Below, piece after piece: positions 33,596 to 37,458 of a stretch of DNA of 37,458 nt (its first letter is position 1; each line of letters starts with the position of its first letter). The DNA is taken from positions 1-37,458 of the forward strand of contig JAITKU010000117.1 of assembly GCA_031278255.1 (NCBI GenBank). Direction: 5' to 3'. Position numbers and translations under genes: made by a program. A model generated the notes under the pieces. The model ran no database searches and was not told the origin of the DNA. It worked only from the letters and a program-made list of their open reading frames with translations. The DNA comes from Eubacteriales Family XIII. Incertae Sedis bacterium (GTDB lineage: Bacteria; Bacillota; Clostridia; Peptostreptococcales; Anaerovoracaceae).

Positions 33596-35206
33596 TTACC
33601 GTTTCACCTTATATTTTCGATTTTTATTCGCACCTGTCGCTATGACTGTACCTTCGGCGACAAGCCCCGACAGTACACGGCGAGCGGTCGGAGCGGAGCG
33701 GTTGAGAATCTTTGCCGCTTCTGCGGCGGTCACTTCACCGTTTCTTCGCAGGTGGGTCAATAAAGCATTGTGCGAATTTTTATCGCTCATTTGTGCGTTA
33801 TTGCCCATTTTATCGCTCATTTGTAACTTATCGCTCACTTTATCGCTCATTTTATCGCTCATTTGTGGTTTATCGCTCATCTTGTTGCGCTTTTTATGGG
33901 TTGACTGTGTTTTGTCGCTCATTTTGTCGTTTAGTTCATAGTACATCTGCACTGTGTCGTTCAGTTGATAGATCGTTTTTTCGTTATCGCTCACGTTATA
34001 GCTTATCTGCGCGTTCTCTCTCACGAAATTTCCGGAGGAAACGAGGGGTACGATTGTCCTGAATACGTCACCCTCTATAAGTTCCGGCTCTCCGCCGGAG
34101 TAAATCTTAGTGTATTTGTATAGGTTCCTCACGCCGGAACCGAGCGTATCGGCATAACCGATATTTACGAAAAAGTTTGCTATCAGCGGGTTTTTGGGTT
34201 GTGGCATGAATGTTTCCGCGTCGAGTTTGCCCGGATATTTCGGCAAGCATCTGTTATCGGTCACGATACGGTCGCGCTCGATTATGACTCTCGCAGGCGC
34301 AGCGCTTGTGAACTCACGATGCGCGAGCGTATTGCTCACAAGTTCGCGCGCAATCTTGGAGCGAACGCTTACTGATTGCACGCCTTCGATAAAGAATTTA
34401 TCAAGCGTATGTTTTTCGATGAAGTCCATAATTCGGTCAAACGCCTCGATAAGGTTGCAGGACACGCGCAAGCGGTCGTCGTAACGGTCGAGATTGTCGC
34501 GCCGGAGTATGCAATCGGTGACATAACCGGGCAGACAGGAACGTATCACTTCTTCGCGTCCGAACAGCAGTATAGCCGCGAGCGTATAGCCTGCATTTCC
34601 GGTTGCAATGTCGGTTTTGTATAGTCCCGTACTCCGAATAATCTCTTTGGCCGTCATTTTCGCCCACGGATGCCGCTCGTTTCGTGAAAGAGCGAGTTGC
34701 GTGACAATCGGAATGAGTTTGTCAAGCAGCAAATCCTTGTCTTTCGCATATGGAAATACCTTGCTTTCGGTTGATATACCGCGCTTTCTGTCATTCATCA
34801 TCGCAACAAACTCAGAGTTGCGCGTGATATCAACGTCACCGTCGGCGCTGCGATCGAAGATTTTTCCGCCGAACATCACAAGCTGCGTCGCGAGCGGAAC
34901 ATAGCACCACAGTACAATTTTTCCGTCCGTCTCTGTTTCTTCAAGCGCGATAAAGAGTGTCGGCGAGAACCTTTGCGGATTGTTCAGCGCGTTGGCAAAA
35001 TCCCTCTTTATCTGTTTCACGGCCTCCGGCGCGACGCCGCTGACCGTGCCGTCGTTCTCGATTCCGAGCAAAATATGTCCGCCGTATCTGTTGGAAAACG
35101 AGCATACGGTTTCATAGATGCTTTTCGGCAGTTCGTTTGTGCAACGCTTGAACTCCACCGTCAAGCCCTCGCCGTCGCGGATAAGCTGTTGCAGTTTGGT
35201 CGGCAT
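33596..35206 (-). CDS. Schlafen/AlbA_2-domain + HATPase_c_4-like + C-terminal winged-HTH protein (COG2865-type putative regulator/ATP-binding protein) with MSDK-repeat linker
   Basis: The N-terminus, GEGLTVEFKRC...ETVCSFSNRYGGHILLGIENDGTVSGV, is an AlbA_2/Schlafen-like core. The middle, NPLIANFFVNIGYADTLGSGVRNLY, is an HATPase_c_4/RecG-C-like motif. The C-terminus, LLTHLRRNGEVTAAEAAKILNRSAPTARRVLSGLVAEGTV, is a wHTH. I prefer the ATG at 35206 (GAGAGG upstream); the ORF-track TTG is at 35224. G+C is noticeably below that of the flanks. Confidence 0.75.
   Translation of the reverse strand: MPTKLQQLIRDGEGLTVEFKRCTNELPKSIYETVCSFSNRYGGHILLGIENDGTVSGVAPEAVKQIKRDFANALNNPQRFSPTLFIALEETETDGKIVLWCYVPLATQLVMFGGKIFDRSADGDVDITRNSEFVAMMNDRKRGISTESKVFPYAKDKDLLLDKLIPIVTQLALSRNERHPWAKMTAKEIIRSTGLYKTDIATGNAGYTLAAILLFGREEVIRSCLPGYVTDCILRRDNLDRYDDRLRVSCNLIEAFDRIMDFIEKHTLDKFFIEGVQSVSVRSKIARELVSNTLAHREFTSAAPARVIIERDRIVTDNRCLPKYPGKLDAETFMPQPKNPLIANFFVNIGYADTLGSGVRNLYKYTKIYSGGEPELIEGDVFRTIVPLVSSGNFVRENAQISYNVSDNEKTIYQLNDTVQMYYELNDKMSDKTQSTHKKRNKMSDKPQMSDKMSDKVSDKLQMSDKMGNNAQMSDKNSHNALLTHLRRNGEVTAAEAAKILNRSAPTARRVLSGLVAEGTVIATGANKNRKYKVKR
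33780..33994 (-). repeat. eight dispersed-tandem copies of the 11-mer TTATCGCTCA(T/C) (minus strand ATGAGCGATAA = Met-Ser-Asp-Lys) within the linker of the Schlafen-like gene
   Basis: Copies start at 33780, 33810, 33828, 33840, 33852, 33870, 33912 (TTGTCGCTCAT) and 33984. All spacings are multiples of 6 nt. Confidence 0.9.
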
Positions 35207-35327
35207 TTCATAAGCCTCTCGCAATTTCCGGGAATTTATCGAATGACCGGACGAATATAATTGTGTTTTTTAACAATAAAGTATTATTAATTCAATGCGG
35301 TGTTCTGCGGTTTTGTTGCGGGGTGGT

Positions 35328-37283
35328 TTATTCCCCGTTCACAAGCGCATACACCCGATACAGCAACACCGCCGCCTCCGCGCGGGTGGCGTTTCCCCGC
35401 GGGTTGACGCGGTCGCTCGGATCGCCGACGATGAGTCCGCCGGCCGCGAGCGCAGAAACGGCGTCTTTCGCGTAAGCGGCGATATCCGCGTCGTCGGCGA
35501 AGCGTTTCGGATTCGCGGAATCGGACGCGGGCACCGTATCCGCGTATTGCAACGCGCGATAAATCAGCGTAAACATATCCTGCCGCGTAATGCTCGACAA
35601 CGGCAGGCACAACCCGCCGCCCACGCCGGCCACAAGCCCGGCTTTCTGCCCGGCGCCCAGCGTGAAGTAATAATACAGGTTGGGATCGATGTCGGTGAAA
35701 GTCGTTCCCACGCGGCCCGTTTTATCCTCCAGAGCAAGCGCTTTCACGAGGTAGTGGATGAAATCACCGCGCGTGATGGGCAGAAGCGGCTCATACAGGG
35801 CCGGACCGCCGGCATCCGCCACGCCTCTGCGCACCAGATCCTGAATCGCTTCCTCCGCCCATTTGACCGTATCGGCATCCAATACAGGCGCGGCGGATAT
35901 GTTTTGATAAACGGGCAGGTAGGCGTCCTTCAGCATTCCGACGGAGGAGAAATGCCCCCAGTGTCCGCCGATGTCGCCGTTTGTTCCCTCTACTTTCCAC
36001 GCCTCGTCTGTCTCGCTGAAGAACACTACCTCAACGTCGTTTTCCCGTGACCAAGCATATACGTCCTCGAAATACCGCCGGGCGTTCTCAATGCTCGGAA
36101 CGGCCGCTCCCTCGGGGCTGCCCTCGGTCGGCCATCCGGTTTCGGAGATGATAAGTTGCCGCCCCTCGGCGACCGCAAGCACGCGTTCGTAGGTCTCTGA
36201 CAGGTTGTGTGCCGCGTTTTCGGCCGGGACCTCGCTGAAAAACGGGTATATTGTACAAAGAATGACATCGCAGCTTTGCACCAGTTCGGGATGGTTCAAG
36301 AATACGGCGGATGTGTCTGAGGTTCCCACGGGGATATTCTTGTCCGCGATCCGCGCGCGCACGTAATTTATATACGAAATCAGCGTATCGGCCGAAAAAT
36401 CGTTCCGATAGATCGTTTCCGACCCGACGACCGCGATGTCCGCGTAACCGCTGTTGGCAAGCGCGATCAGTTTGTCGAGTTCCGCATAAATCTGCGAATC
36501 CGTGGATTGCCCGTCAATCCAGCAGCCGGCGATGATACGCATATGGTATTCGTCTTTCGCGGGCCTATATATCTTTTCGAGTTCGCCCGACACCCCGAAG
36601 AATCGAATCGTGTCGGCGTAAGGGTAGATCAAATTCAGCTGCCAGCGCATTTGCTCGATCGGGACGGTGCTGTCCGTTTCGGGGGACAGGCCGTTCGTGT
36701 ACGGCGAGTAGCACAGGGACAGTTTGTCGTTGTCCTTGGGATGCTTTTGCCGGGGAAACGCGGAAGCGGGGCGAGCCGCAGCTTCCGGGGACGCGGATTC
36801 GGGCGCCGCCGTCTGCCGCACATCGACGCGGCCGTTCGCATAGCGGTCTATCACCGCGCGGTCCGTCGCGGCGGCTTCCGTCCGTGAAATGTCGTCGTTG
36901 GGCGTAAAGCCTATTGGGATGAGATAGACGTACAGCCGTTCGGCTTGCAGGTCATTGCCGCCCGTGACGAAAGGGCAGCGAAAAAACCCGTTGTCGCCTA
37001 AGGAGACGCTTGGGTTTGCGAATGTGGGCTTGGGCCCCCAGATCTCCCCGCCGCGTGTAACCTCAAGAGCCATCGTGATGGCGTAATCGTCGAAATCTCC
37101 CGCTTCGCCCGCAAACCAAATGTGTCCGGCAAGCGCAGATCCCTGCCCGAGAGCCGGAACGGAATCGATGGCGATGCGGGGCTTTGCGGCGTCGTTTGCG
37201 CCCGCTGCGGGCTGCGCCGCGAGGAGTGCGGCGATCGGAACAATGCACAGCGCGATTGCGCAAAACAGGCTTTTCCTTGACAT
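35328..37283 (-). CDS. cell-surface glycoside hydrolase, GH17-like (COG5309 beta-1,3-glucanase-type) catalytic domain with three C-terminal SLH domains
   Basis: It has a signal peptide (MSRKSLFCAIALCIVPIAALLAA). The catalytic Glu contexts are VVGSETIYRN and IISETGWPTEG. The C-terminal SLH repeats include FTDIDPNLYYY, FADDADIAAYAKDAVSAL and RGNATRAEAAVLLYRV. The ATG at 37283 follows an AAAGGAGG RBS. Confidence 0.7.
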   Translation of the reverse strand: MSRKSLFCAIALCIVPIAALLAAQPAAGANDAAKPRIAIDSVPALGQGSALAGHIWFAGEAGDFDDYAITMALEVTRGGEIWGPKPTFANPSVSLGDNGFFRCPFVTGGNDLQAERLYVYLIPIGFTPNDDISRTEAAATDRAVIDRYANGRVDVRQTAAPESASPEAAARPASAFPRQKHPKDNDKLSLCYSPYTNGLSPETDSTVPIEQMRWQLNLIYPYADTIRFFGVSGELEKIYRPAKDEYHMRIIAGCWIDGQSTDSQIYAELDKLIALANSGYADIAVVGSETIYRNDFSADTLISYINYVRARIADKNIPVGTSDTSAVFLNHPELVQSCDVILCTIYPFFSEVPAENAAHNLSETYERVLAVAEGRQLIISETGWPTEGSPEGAAVPSIENARRYFEDVYAWSRENDVEVVFFSETDEAWKVEGTNGDIGGHWGHFSSVGMLKDAYLPVYQNISAAPVLDADTVKWAEEAIQDLVRRGVADAGGPALYEPLLPITRGDFIHYLVKALALEDKTGRVGTTFTDIDPNLYYYFTLGAGQKAGLVAGVGGGLCLPLSSITRQDMFTLIYRALQYADTVPASDSANPKRFADDADIAAYAKDAVSALAAGGLIVGDPSDRVNPRGNATRAEAAVLLYRVYALVNGE

Positions 37284-37458
37284 ATCGGGCGCCTCCTTTG
37301 TTTTTTTCAACCGAGGTGTACTGCGCGCCGTGATTCAAAAAACGCTTACTTACCAAAAAGCGCGCGCAGACAAATCAAATCCCTGCTAAGCGTATTGTAG
37401 ACCGTCCCGCCGCGGCTGTCAAGGGCTTAACGCGGCCCGGCGCTTTATGAGCGAAGAA

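Noticed and set aside
33780-33994. The TTATCGCTCAT repeat array as a CRISPR array or mini-satellite outside genes.
   Set aside because: The units are only 11 nt long, with spacers of 1-61 nt. They lie wholly inside an ORF, are in frame, and encode a repeated MSDK peptide. No cas genes are present.
31925-37458. The lower-GC right end of the window as a bounded mobile element or genomic island.
   Set aside because: No integrase, transposase, tRNA target, terminal inverted repeats or flanking direct repeats could be found by eye. Only a compositional shift and accessory-type gene content support it, so it is reported as a compositional observation, not as a mobile element.

Overview
The window reads as a chromosomal segment from a high-G+C Firmicute, probably Clostridia-like; this is inferred from synteny and SLH domains, not from any search. 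About 30 CDS can be supported.

- **1-17 kb, + strand:** the conserved Firmicute housekeeping array murC, glmU-like, prs, pth, mfd, then yabM-like flippase, mazG, hup and yabO/rqcP. Envelope and metabolic genes are inserted between mfd and the flippase: a LysM-M28 peptidase, a PrsA-like lipoprotein, hisC and mtaD.
- **17-25 kb, - strand:** an NCS1 permease + dihydropyrimidinase operon, followed by an MFP-RND-TetR efflux operon.
- **25-31.5 kb, + strand:** nth (broken by one in-frame TAG), a 4Fe-4S QueG/RdhA-like protein, an AEC transporter, lgt, ychF and a transglutaminase-like exported protein.
- **31.5-37.4 kb:** visibly lower in G+C and accessory-like. It holds an alkyltransferase-like (ATL) protein, a Vat-type acetyltransferase, an orphan Sfp-type PPTase, a Schlafen/AlbA_2-HATPase_c_4-wHTH protein and an SLH-anchored GH17-like glycosidase.

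I found no rRNA, tRNA, CRISPR array, transposase or integrase.

The best candidate for something novel is the low-GC islet at about 33.5-35.3 kb. It carries the Schlafen-like gene, whose linker is built from eight copies of the 11-mer TTATCGCTCAT (MSDK repeats). Its function is unknown, and a defence role is only inference.

Other points worth a second look:
- the amber-interrupted nth;
- an acetyltransferase-only GlmU;
- an orphan hydantoinase/NCS1 module with a promoter-proximal palindrome;
- a sharp G+C break inside mazG.
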